From a bacterium (lineage in GTDB: Bacteria > Electryoneota > Electryoneia > Electryoneales > Electryoneaceae), in the NCBI GenBank assembly GCA_043801585.1, contig JAZDLX010000154.1, positions 1 to 15,697 on the forward strand: a DNA stretch of 15,697 nt. The letters are read 5' to 3'. Numbering within the stretch: the stretch's first letter is position 1; each line of letters begins with the position of its first letter. Position numbers and translations under genes: made by a program. Shown piece by piece: positions 1 through 7,476 of the stretch. The notes under the pieces were generated by a model, which did not search any database, was not told the DNA's origin, and saw nothing but the letters and a program-made list of their open reading frames with translations.

Positions 1-1760
1 CCCTCGCCGTCGTTCTCTTCCGTTTTCTCACCATCTGCCCCCGTTCCCTCGATGCGGCGGACGAGATGGATGCGTGTCGCCTCATGCAGGCTGTCGTAAC
101 CGGTGAAGACCGAGTGCTTCTCCATCTCGGCGACAACGGTAAACTCTCCACCCGACACCCGGAAATTCCCCGCCGCCCGGCTCCGCTCCTTGGCGGCTTC
201 CATCTCGCGGTAGAACCCCTCGACGTCCACGGAGATTCCCCGTTCCCGCGCCATCTGCTCGGTCAGGTCGATGGGGAAACCGAACGTATCATAAAGCTTG
301 AAAGCATCAGATCCAGAGATTTCTAATGTGGCTTTCACAGATATGTAGTCAGTGATTTGACCATACAATTGAGGATCGGTGTTGCTCAGTCTGAGATCAC
401 TGTACAAATCTCTTAGATTCTTGTCAAAACTTTCGATGAGAGAAAATCCCGCTACGTCATTAAGAAGCAATTCGTTGAGTTGGCTTTCCATTGAAAGGAA
501 AGTGGAGTGATATTGGTCGTTCGTATATACAGGTGATTTTTGCATTGTCACCATTAACCTGTGCAATGCAGCTTTATTTTTCCCTGAAATCACGCGAGCA
601 AATTGACTTACATACATAGCACGCCATTCGGCGAGTCCAGTACCCAGCGTCCTCGCAAAAGCCTCTTCTTCCGCCTTCAACACCGCCTCGATGTGCTGCT
701 GGCGATCCTTCAGCTCGGAATAGTGGTCGCCCATGATCCCGATCAGCAACGGGACCAGCGACGGCAGGAACGGCGCTTCCAATACGAGTTCACGGATGAA
801 CCGTGCGGCGCGGCGCAGCACACGGCGCAGCACATAGCCACGTCCTTCATTGCCGGGCAATGCGCCGTCAGCGATGGCGAAGGCGAGCATCCGCAGATGG
901 TCGGCGATGGCGCGGTGAGGGATGTAGTCCTTCTCCTTGCCCCCCTCGGACGGCGGCAGGTAAGGCACACCGCTCGCATCGGCGATGGCGTCGATCAACG
1001 GCTTGAACAGGTCGGTCTCATAGTTGGAGTCCACACCGTTGAGCGCCCGCACGATCCGTTCCAGCCCCGCGCCGGTGTCCACATGCTTTGCCGGAAGATC
1101 GTGCAGCTTGCCATTTTCATCACGGTGGTACTGGATAAACACCAGGTTCCACAGCTCGATGAAACGGCCCGTGCCGCTGTTGGGTCCGTCGTTTTCGATT
1201 TCTTTACGGCCCGGTGCGGGTGCGCCGAGGTCGTAATGGATCTCGCTGCAGGGGCCGCAGGGGCCGGTCTCCCCCATCTCCCAGAAATTGTCCTTGTGAT
1301 TGTGCTTCGAGACATGCGACGGGTCGATGTCGGTCTCGGATTTCCACAGCTTGTACGCCTCGTCATCCTCGGTGAACACCGTGGCGAAGAGTTTCGACTT
1401 CTCGAGGCCGTAAACCTCCGTCATCAGCTCCCAGGCCCACCGAATCGCCTCGGCCTTGTAGTAGTCGCCGAAGGACCAGTTGCCGAGCATCTCAAAAAAG
1501 GTGTGGTGGTTCGGGCTCAGGCCGACCTCTTCCAGGTCGTTGTGCTTGCCGGAGACCCGGATGCATTTCTGGCTGTCGACAGCGCGGGAGTAGGGGCGGG
1601 TGCCGGTTCCGAGAAAGACATCCTTGAACTGATTCATCCCGGCGTTGGTGAACAGCAGGGTCGGATCGTCCGCAGGAACCACGGGCGACGACGGCACAAT
1701 GGTGTGCTGCCTGCTCTCGAAGAATTCGATGAACTGTCTGCGCACTTCCGAGGATGTCAT
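1..1760 (-). CDS. alaS: Alanine--tRNA ligase, 5' part (about 586 codons; 3' end lies beyond the left edge), with an in-frame insertion at ~321-632
   Basis: Manual translation of segments from ATG at 1760: MTSSEVRRQFIEFF...DDPTLLFTNAGMNQFK...QKCIRVSGKHNDLEEVG...HHTFFEMLGNWSFGDYYK...PGNEGRGYVLRR...EEEAFARTL...AFKLYDTFGFPIDLT. All motifs lie in one frame, and no stop was found in the segments translated codon by codon (720-270, 65-3). Confidence 0.98.
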   Translation of the reverse strand, partial: MTSSEVRRQFIEFFESRQHTIVPSSPVVPADDPTLLFTNAGMNQFKDVFLGTGTRPYSRAVDSQKCIRVSGKHNDLEEVGLSPNHHTFFEMLGNWSFGDYYKAEAIRWAWELMTEVYGLEKSKLFATVFTEDDEAYKLWKSETDIDPSHVSKHNHKDNFWEMGETGPCGPCSEIHYDLGAPAPGRKEIENDGPNSGTGRFIELWNLVFIQYHRDENGKLHDLPAKHVDTGAGLERIVRALNGVDSNYETDLFKPLIDAIADASGVPYLPPSEGGKEKDYIPHRAIADHLRMLAFAIADGALPGNEGRGYVLRRVLRRAARFIRELVLEAPFLPSLVPLLIGIMGDHYSELKDRQQHIEAVLKAEEEAFARTLGTGLAEWRAMYVSQFARVISGKNKAALHRLMVTMQKSPVYTNDQYHSTFLSMESQLNELLLNDVAGFSLIESFDKNLRDLYSDLRLSNTDPQLYGQITDYISVKATLEISGSDAFKLYDTFGFPIDLTEQMARERGISVDVEGFYREMEAAKERSRAAGNFRVSGGEFTVVAEMEKHSVFTGYDSLHEATRIHLVRRIEGTGADGEKTEENDGE

Positions 1761-1815
1761 TTCCGCACCTGTTTTCGTCACGTAGCCGCCCGGACGTCGT
1801 TCCGCCGAGCAGGGG

Positions 1816-1843
1816 AAAATACAAAAGTAAACGCTGCGCTCAA
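1816..1843 (-). promoter_or_regulatory. Possible sigma70-type promoter for alaS
   Basis: Minus strand reads TTGAGC-N16-TATTTT, about 55 bp upstream of the ATG. Motif match only. Confidence 0.3.
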
Positions 1844-1885
1844 GGGTTCGCTGGAATTCCACCGGAGAATTGATAACTGCGAACA

Positions 1886-1959
1886 GGGAGTAGGGACAGT
1901 TTCACTTTTCGACAGGGCCTGTCCCGACTCCGACACTTCGGGGACAAGGTAACTGTCCC
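1886..1959. repeat. Degenerate CTGTC(C/A)C-core palindromic repeats
   Basis: The reverse complement of 1886-1910 is GAAAAGTGAAACTGTCCCTACTCCC, similar to GAAAAGTAGTTACTGTCACTACTTTTC at 5440. Further cores GGGCCTGTCCC (~1915) and GGTAACTGTCCC (1948-1959). Confidence 0.55.
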
Positions 1960-2005
1960 AGTATAACGCCGGATTCAGAGAACCCGGCCTCGATAACCAG
2001 CGACT

Positions 2006-2035
2006 GAGACTCGACCCTGAAGGGTCGGGCCACCC
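2006..2035 (-). repeat. GTRG-type REP-like hairpin
   Basis: Minus strand GGGTGG-CCCGACCC-TTCA-GGGTCGAG-TCTC. Same architecture as the copies at 9235, 9317, 9397, 9479, 15485 and 15573. Confidence 0.7.
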
Positions 2036-2058
2036 ACCGTTTGCTATTGTCCCCATTC

Positions 2059-2201
2059 GTCACCCTGAATCCGCCGGCTGGCGGATGAAGGATCTTGTGT
2101 GTCATTGCGAGCGTAGCGAAGCAATCTCGTCGTTCGTTGTTCTCTTTACAAAAGGCGAGATTGCTTCGTCATCCGTCGGCTGACGGATTCCACGCAATGA
2201 C
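2059..2201. repeat. GTCA-type palindromic repeats: one GTCACCCTGA..GAAGGATCT unit and an inverted GTCATTGCG..GAAGCAATCTCG doublet
   Basis: GTCATTGCGA-GCGTAGC-GAAGCAATCTCG (2101-2129) pairs with CGAGATTGCTTC...CGCAATGAC (2156-2201). A related unit lies at 2059-2095. Confidence 0.75.
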
Positions 2202-2234
2202 AACAATGCAGACCCAGGTCCCGGGCCCGGTAAC

Positions 2235-2416
2235 GTGCCCCTGTTTGCTCAGCGCAGCGGGCAAACAGGGTTTATTCTAATTTTTCCCGGCCTGGACCGA
2301 AACCACATCGCGGGCAGGGACGCCCGCGCCACAGGTAATCCTTAAGCGTCGGGCGGGCGTCCCTGCCCGCCAGTCGCCAAACACAAAGAAACCCTGTTCG
2401 CAAGCGAACAGGGCCC
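2235..2416. repeat. Two nested inverted REP-like doublets
   Basis: Outer pair: CCCTGTTTGC..GCAAACAGGG-TTTA (2239-2274) and GAAA-CCCTGTTCGC-AA-GCGAACAGGG (2388-2413). Inner pair: minus-strand GTGG-CGCGGGCGTCCCTGCCCGCG (2309-2332) and plus-strand GTCG-GGCGGGCGTCCCTGCCCGCC (2348-2371). Confidence 0.7.
2379..2413 (-). terminator. Possible intrinsic terminator after the 2501-2704 gene, formed by a REP-like hairpin
   Basis: Minus strand: CCCTGTTCGC-TT-GCGAACAGGG followed by TTTCTTTGTGTTT. Confidence 0.45.
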
Positions 2417-2500
2417 AAATTCAACAGGACCGATATGTCGCCAGGCCGGTTCCCCGAGAAATGAACCTGTTAGTATCACAGCCAGGAACCTGTTCTCCCC

Positions 2501-2704
2501 TCAACGGCTGAGCGGTCCCCATTTTTTTTTCTTCCGTTCACGGCCTGTTACCCGCAAATACACGGCGTACAGACCGTTCACCAGCATCAGCCCGAAAAGA
2601 ACTCCTCCCACGGGATCGAACGCCTCGACCTTCAGGTTGCCGATCATCACTCCGAGTCCGACAAGCCCGATAAATCCGGCGATCAGTGCGAAAGACCCTC
2701 CCAA
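2501..2704 (-). CDS. Small hypothetical membrane protein (two hydrophobic helices, basic C-terminal tail)
   Basis: 67-aa ORF with TTG start 6 nt after the upstream stop. Hydrophobic segments FALIAGFIGLVGLGVMIG and VGGVLFGLMLVNGLYAVYL, tail RERKKKKW. Confidence 0.7.
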   Translation of the reverse strand: MGGSFALIAGFIGLVGLGVMIGNLKVEAFDPVGGVLFGLMLVNGLYAVYLRVTGRERKKKKWGPLSR

Positions 2705-2710
2705 CGGTAT

Positions 2711-3298
2711 CTACTCTTCGGTTTCTTTGTCTTCGCCCGCCGTCTTCTTCGCCCGTTTACGGGAGGAAACGGATCCGTTGTCGCTCTCCGCGGATTTTCC
2801 ATCATCTCCAGCGGTTTCCTCCGCGGGAGGTGGGGTCATTCCGGCGGTCCCGACAAATTCATCCTCCTCGTCCCACGCCTCATCCAGCTCCTCGTCACGG
2901 TAGGGTTTCGGAAGCACACGATCCAGAATGAAGACGGCCACTGCGATGACAATCCCCAGGACGAGGATCACTTTGAAAAAAGACCAACTACGCTTCTTTT
3001 CCATGGTTCCCTCGGGTAACAAATCTCGTTCACGAAGCGCCTGTACCGGGCGGCTGTCCATGACCCTCCCACGCAATCGTTCCTGCCAGGTTTCCGGCTC
3101 CGGGTGGTGGCTGAACGCGTGAACAGCATCCTGTCCGATCTGCCGCGCCTGCTCTGACGTTTTCTGCCAGGTCTTGCGCAGCGATCCCCAGGTCCAGGCG
3201 ATGGATATCCAGGTTGTGATCGCCCGGGCGGTGGTTCGTATCAGGTTAGCCAGCCAGGGCGACATTTTCGTCGATGTTGCGGGTGAATCCATCATCAT
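2711..3298 (-). CDS. Hypothetical single-pass membrane protein with acidic/charged C-terminus
   Basis: 195-aa ORF co-oriented with its neighbours. Clear TM segment FFKVILVLGIVIAVAVFIL preceded by KKR; acidic tail DEELDEAWDEEDE. Start position uncertain. Confidence 0.75.
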   Translation of the reverse strand: MMMDSPATSTKMSPWLANLIRTTARAITTWISIAWTWGSLRKTWQKTSEQARQIGQDAVHAFSHHPEPETWQERLRGRVMDSRPVQALRERDLLPEGTMEKKRSWSFFKVILVLGIVIAVAVFILDRVLPKPYRDEELDEAWDEEDEFVGTAGMTPPPAEETAGDDGKSAESDNGSVSSRKRAKKTAGEDKETEE

Positions 3299-3514
3299 CT
3301 CCGCACAATGTGCATTCGCCGGAATTTCGCTGTCACGCCAAAACCCCTCCAGGCTCTGTCCGGCGACAGGTGTTCACAATTTCGCATTCTGAGAGGCGTA
3401 AATGAAGGATTTCTCGTGATGAACCCCAGCCTCCGGAGAGGGAGGGCTCGTGGGGCACGCCCGGCATTGTATGCAAAGAAACGGATCACAATCCAGCATC
3501 GGTCCGTTCATGGG

Positions 3515-4033
3515 TCAGGATGCGGAATCGTCCATCTCCCCGGAAACAGCCGCCACCGTCCGCCACACCGTTTCCGCGTCGAACCCCCTGGTGGCCAGCG
3601 ACCTTGCCAGGCGGCGGCGTTCGGTTATTTCAGAAAGAGACACTTTCCTTGTCCGAACCCATTTGCGCGCGAGGGCGAGCGCATTTGACCGTTCACGGTC
3701 GTCATCCCACGCTGCCAGCAGTTCCTTGCGGGCGGTTTCGACAGGAAGACCTCGATGGATCATTTTTTCGAGGGCTCTGCGCCTGCCCATCCCACCTCGG
3801 GACGCCAGCTCCGCCGCCCAATCCTCCGCGGTTCGGTCATCGTCGAGATAGCGAAGATCCGTGAGGCGTTCGATGGCCGCCTCGATCTCCTCGTTCTCGT
3901 ACTCACGCTGGCGCAGTTTGCGGCGGAGTTCAGCCGTTGTTTGCTGGCGTCGCGCAAGAAGGTCCAACGCCTTTTCATAGGCGGTGGGAGGTATTTTCGC
4001 TTCGCGGGGTTTCCTGCTCGACCGTTTCGTCAT
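3515..4033 (-). CDS. recX: Regulatory protein RecX
   Basis: ALDLLARRQQTTAELRRKL, YLDDDRTA and LATRGF match the RecX helical repeats; gene lies directly downstream of recA. Confidence 0.93.
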   Translation of the reverse strand: MTKRSSRKPREAKIPPTAYEKALDLLARRQQTTAELRRKLRQREYENEEIEAAIERLTDLRYLDDDRTAEDWAAELASRGGMGRRRALEKMIHRGLPVETARKELLAAWDDDRERSNALALARKWVRTRKVSLSEITERRRLARSLATRGFDAETVWRTVAAVSGEMDDSAS

Positions 4034-4102
4034 GGCATCAACAGTAAACCGGGCGGCACGAGAAACAGCGCGCCGCCCTGAAAGTTGGACGTTTACACGA
4101 TG

Positions 4103-5194
4103 CTACGCCTTCACCTCTTTTGCGGCCTTTTCCTCTTTTGGATTCTCTTTGCCGTTTTCAACGGGTTCGGCAGGGATGTCCCTCGCCGGGGTGAGGCCGA
4201 GTTTCTCCCGAACTTTGTTCTCGATATCAATCAGGAGTTTCGGGTTCTCCTCGAGGAACAGACGCACCCTTTCACGTCCCTGTCCAAGCCGCTCCTCTCC
4301 ATAGGAGAACCAGGTGCCCGCGCGATCAAGGATGCCGTGCTCGACAGCCAGGTCGATCACATCTCCGCTGTGATTGATTCCTTTTCCGTAGAGGATGTCG
4401 AATTCCGCCTCACGGAACGGTGACGCCATCTTGTTCTTGACCACCTTCACCCGTGTCCGGTTGCCAACCGGGTCCGTGCCCTCCTTGATTGTTGCGATGC
4501 GACGGATGTCCATCCGCACGGAACTGTAGAACTTGAGGGCGTTGCCGCCGGTGGTCGTTTCGGGGTTGCCGAACATCACGCCGATCTTCATCCGGATCTG
4601 GTTGATGAAGACAAACGCCGTGTGGCTCTTCGCAACCGTACCGGTCAGTTTGCGCAACGCCTGCGACATCAACCGCGCCTGCAGGCCGACGTGGCTGTCG
4701 CCCATCTCTCCCTCGATCTCGGCACGGGGGGTCAGCGCCGCGACCGAGTCGATGACCACGATGTCAAGCGCCCCGGAGCGGACCAGTGTCTCCGCGATTT
4801 CGAGCGCCTGTTCCCCGTTGTCCGGCTGGCTGATCAGCAGGTTCTCGATGTCCACTCCGAGCGCCTTGGCGTATTTGGGGTCGAGCGCGTGTTCCGCGTC
4901 GACAAACGCCGCGTACCCTCCCGTCTTCTGCGCCTCAGCGATCAGGTGCAGGGTCAGCGTGGTCTTGCCGCTCGCCTCGGGACCGTAGATTTCGGTCACC
5001 CGCCCGCGCGGCACGCCGCCGATGCCGAGTGCCGCATCGAGCGCGAGCGAACCGGTGGAAATCGTCTCCACCTTGACCTTCGCCCCTTCCTCGCCCAACC
5101 GCATGATGCTGCCCTTGCCGAACTGTTTTTCAATCTGCGAGATGGCCAGCTCAATCGCCTGTTCTTTCGGGTTTTCCTGGTTCTTCGCTGCCAT
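4103..5194 (-). CDS. recA: Recombinase A
   Basis: [23 protein letters not shown] (Walker A), [46 protein letters not shown]. Start is 5194 or 5200. Confidence 0.99.
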   Translation of the reverse strand: MAAKNQENPKEQAIELAISQIEKQFGKGSIMRLGEEGAKVKVETISTGSLALDAALGIGGVPRGRVTEIYGPEASGKTTLTLHLIAEAQKTGGYAAFVDAEHALDPKYAKALGVDIENLLISQPDNGEQALEIAETLVRSGALDIVVIDSVAALTPRAEIEGEMGDSHVGLQARLMSQALRKLTGTVAKSHTAFVFINQIRMKIGVMFGNPETTTGGNALKFYSSVRMDIRRIATIKEGTDPVGNRTRVKVVKNKMASPFREAEFDILYGKGINHSGDVIDLAVEHGILDRAGTWFSYGEERLGQGRERVRLFLEENPKLLIDIENKVREKLGLTPARDIPAEPVENGKENPKEEKAAKEVKA

Positions 5195-5373
5195 AATCAT
5201 CCCATTGTCAATGGGGAGAAAACGCCATGTTCACCGCTCTCCCCGGTTATCGTTGTCTTTTCGATATCACAAAACATCAATGATGATGCGGCTCTTGCCG
5301 TATTGCACCGATCACTCTCTCGACGCTGAATCAGCGGCGGCTCGTACCGACAGCTCACGTTCACATCCCATCG

Positions 5374-5466
5374 CGAAAAGTAACGACAGTGACTACTTTT
5401 CGTCCCATCCGGTTTCAGTGCGCTACCATTACCTCTCAGGAAAAGTAGTTACTGTCACTACTTTTC
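5374..5466. repeat. Inverted doublet of 27-bp imperfect palindromes (CTGTCAC core)
   Basis: GAAAAGTAACGACAGTGACTACTTTTC (5375-5401) is the reverse complement, with 3 mismatches, of GAAAAGTAGTTACTGTCACTACTTTTC (5440-5466). Confidence 0.8.
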
Positions 5467-5477
5467 GTTCGCACACC

Positions 5478-6053
5478 CTATTGCAAACCGGATGTCAACC
5501 GGACGCTTTCGAGAGCCCGGTGTTCCGGTCCGTCCGGCGTCAATTTGCTCTCGAAGAGCGTCAAGGTATCGAAGACGTAGAAGAACGACTCGACCTTCAC
5601 CGACTGCAGCCTCTTCAGAAGCGGGCTGTGCCGCTCGACGAATTTCACCCTCCCGAGCGTCAGATGCGGCGAAAACGACCTCTCTTCGGCGGGCAATCCG
5701 GCACGCTGTCCCGCCTCGGCGATGGACGACTGTATCCTTTTCAGCTCCTCGTTCTCGCCGATCCCCACCCAGATCACCCGCGGGTTGCTCCGCTTCGGAA
5801 ACGCCCCGAGCTCGCCGACCTTGATTCGCAGGGCTCCATATAACTCACCAGCCGTTTTCACGGCCTCTCGCAGCGCCTCCACCTGCTGGTCGTCCGCCTC
5901 GCCTGCAAAGAACAACGTCAGGTGCATCTGCTTCAGGTTCACCCACCGGATTTTCGCATCCGGCGTTCCGACGAGTTTCGGGAGATCCACAAGCCTCTGG
6001 CGCAATTCCCCCGGAAGCTCCAGGGCGACAAATACCCGTCTCGATGCACTCAC
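5478..6053 (-). CDS. thpR: RNA 2',3'-cyclic phosphodiesterase (2H family, LigT/ThpR)
   Basis: RVFVAL N-terminus, two HLTL motifs (MHLTLFF, PHLTLGR), GAFP..PRVIWVG, and C-terminal ESKL..GPEH. GTG start overlaps the cinA stop (GTGA). Confidence 0.95.
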   Translation of the reverse strand: MSASRRVFVALELPGELRQRLVDLPKLVGTPDAKIRWVNLKQMHLTLFFAGEADDQQVEALREAVKTAGELYGALRIKVGELGAFPKRSNPRVIWVGIGENEELKRIQSSIAEAGQRAGLPAEERSFSPHLTLGRVKFVERHSPLLKRLQSVKVESFFYVFDTLTLFESKLTPDGPEHRALESVRLTSGLQ

Positions 6054-7321
6054 AGCAGCGTCGGCTCCCCGCCCTCGTTGACTCCTTCTGCCAGCATGTC
6101 AAGCAGCAGCATCATCGCTTTCGCTACACTCCGCTGGCGGACATTGTCGCGGTCCTTGTCAAGGAGATACCGCCGGTGCGTCACCTGTTTTTCATCGGCG
6201 TACCCGATGTAGACGAGGCCCACCGGTTTTTCCTCCGTCCCGCCGTCGGGACCTGCAATACCGGTGATCGAGATAGCGATGTCCGCCCGGCTTTTGGCTA
6301 GCGCCCCTGTTGCCATCGCTTCGGCGACTTCCGGGGAAACCGCCCCGTATTTTTCCAGCAACTCCAGCGGAACGCCAAGCTCCTCGTGCTTCGATTCGTT
6401 GGAATAGGTGACCCATCCGCGCTCGAACCACGCGCTGGACCCGGGAATATCGGTGAACCGCTTGCCAAGGAAGCCGCCGGTGCAGGATTCCGCGAGGGCG
6501 ATACGTTTGGCGCTCTTCTTCAGCAGCTCGCCAACCCCCTTTTCCAGCGAAATGTTCTCCCCGACGCCGAAAATGTGGTTTCCCACCTTCTCCCTGATCA
6601 GCGCCTCGGCAGCGTCCAGGTGAGCCGCGCCTTCCACCGGGGTCTCGGCCTGCACCGTCAACCGCAGGCGGACACCCGAATAGCCGGGGAGAAACGCCAG
6701 CGCGGCGTGTTCGAGGATCTGCTGACGGTTGTCCAGCTTTTCGTAAAGAGCCGCCTCCGCGAGACCGTAGGTGTGAAGCGACCGGATCAACGTCACCGGC
6801 CCGCGATGCATCTTCACCAGCCTCGGAAGAACGAACCCGGTGATCATCGCCCGCATCTCGAGCGGCACTCCAGGCATCGCCGCAAACACCCGCCCCTGTT
6901 TCTCGATCCAGATCCCCGGTGCGGTGCCATGCCGGTTCGGAATCGGCGTCGCCCCCTCGGGGAATTCCGCCTGTTCACGGCTGGTTTCGATGAACTCGAG
7001 CTGTTTGCTCTTGTACGCCTCCCGTACCTGTTCCAGCAGGTCGTTGCGGAAAACAACCGGCAGGTCAAAGAACTTTGCCAGCACACTCTTTGTATGGTCA
7101 TCGTGCGTCGGCCCAAGTCCGCCGGTGATCAGTACGGCATCCGAGCGGCGGAACGCTGTCTGGAACGACTCGCGGATCACCTCCGGGTCGTCCGGAATCA
7201 CCGAAATGAAGCGAATGGCGATCCCTTCGGAGAGCAGGGTCTGGGCGATGAACCGGGAGTTGCTGTCCTGGATCTGCCCGAGGAGGATTTCATCCCCAAT
7301 GGCAATGATTTCAGCGTTCAT
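6050..7321 (-). CDS. cinA: Competence/damage-inducible protein A (MoCF-like N-domain plus PncC-type NMN deamidase domain)
   Basis: AEIIAIGDEILLGQIQDSN, TGGLGPTHDDHT, GTAPG, MPGVPLEM, AESCTGG, PGSSAWF, YSNESK, GAVS, ITGIAGPDGGTEEKPVG. Confidence 0.97.
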   Translation of the reverse strand: MNAEIIAIGDEILLGQIQDSNSRFIAQTLLSEGIAIRFISVIPDDPEVIRESFQTAFRRSDAVLITGGLGPTHDDHTKSVLAKFFDLPVVFRNDLLEQVREAYKSKQLEFIETSREQAEFPEGATPIPNRHGTAPGIWIEKQGRVFAAMPGVPLEMRAMITGFVLPRLVKMHRGPVTLIRSLHTYGLAEAALYEKLDNRQQILEHAALAFLPGYSGVRLRLTVQAETPVEGAAHLDAAEALIREKVGNHIFGVGENISLEKGVGELLKKSAKRIALAESCTGGFLGKRFTDIPGSSAWFERGWVTYSNESKHEELGVPLELLEKYGAVSPEVAEAMATGALAKSRADIAISITGIAGPDGGTEEKPVGLVYIGYADEKQVTHRRYLLDKDRDNVRQRSVAKAMMLLLDMLAEGVNEGGEPTLL

Positions 7322-7476
7322 GCCGGCGCCTCCGCTGCGGCCCTGCTCTGTGGCACAAGATAATGAACCCTTGGGGGCGGAAACAAATGTTCAGTCGTTT
7401 ATGATAACCCCTTTGGCTCTTTCCGAATGCACCTTAACTTCAAAAGAAACAACTTCTATCTGTTACGGTGACGGTA

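Noticed and set aside
321..632. Intein or self-splicing intron as the explanation for the alaS insert
   Set aside because: No Cys/Ser block-A start, no terminal His-Asn before C/S/T, and no group II GUGCG..AY ends seen. The frame stays open, which fits a retained domain.
603..1952. 449-aa plus-strand ORF (and 66-326)
   Set aside because: Antisense shadow of alaS in the mirrored frame; no recognisable motifs.
1761..2500. T-box or riboswitch leader for alaS, and short ORFs 1778-2056, 1902-2105, 2095-2280
   Set aside because: No T-box motif recognised. The hairpins belong to repeat families that recur elsewhere, and the ORFs are translations of those repeats.
5206..5211. Perfect TTGACA on the minus strand just before recA
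   Set aside because: A -10 at the correct spacing would fall inside the coding region and does not match (GCGAAG).
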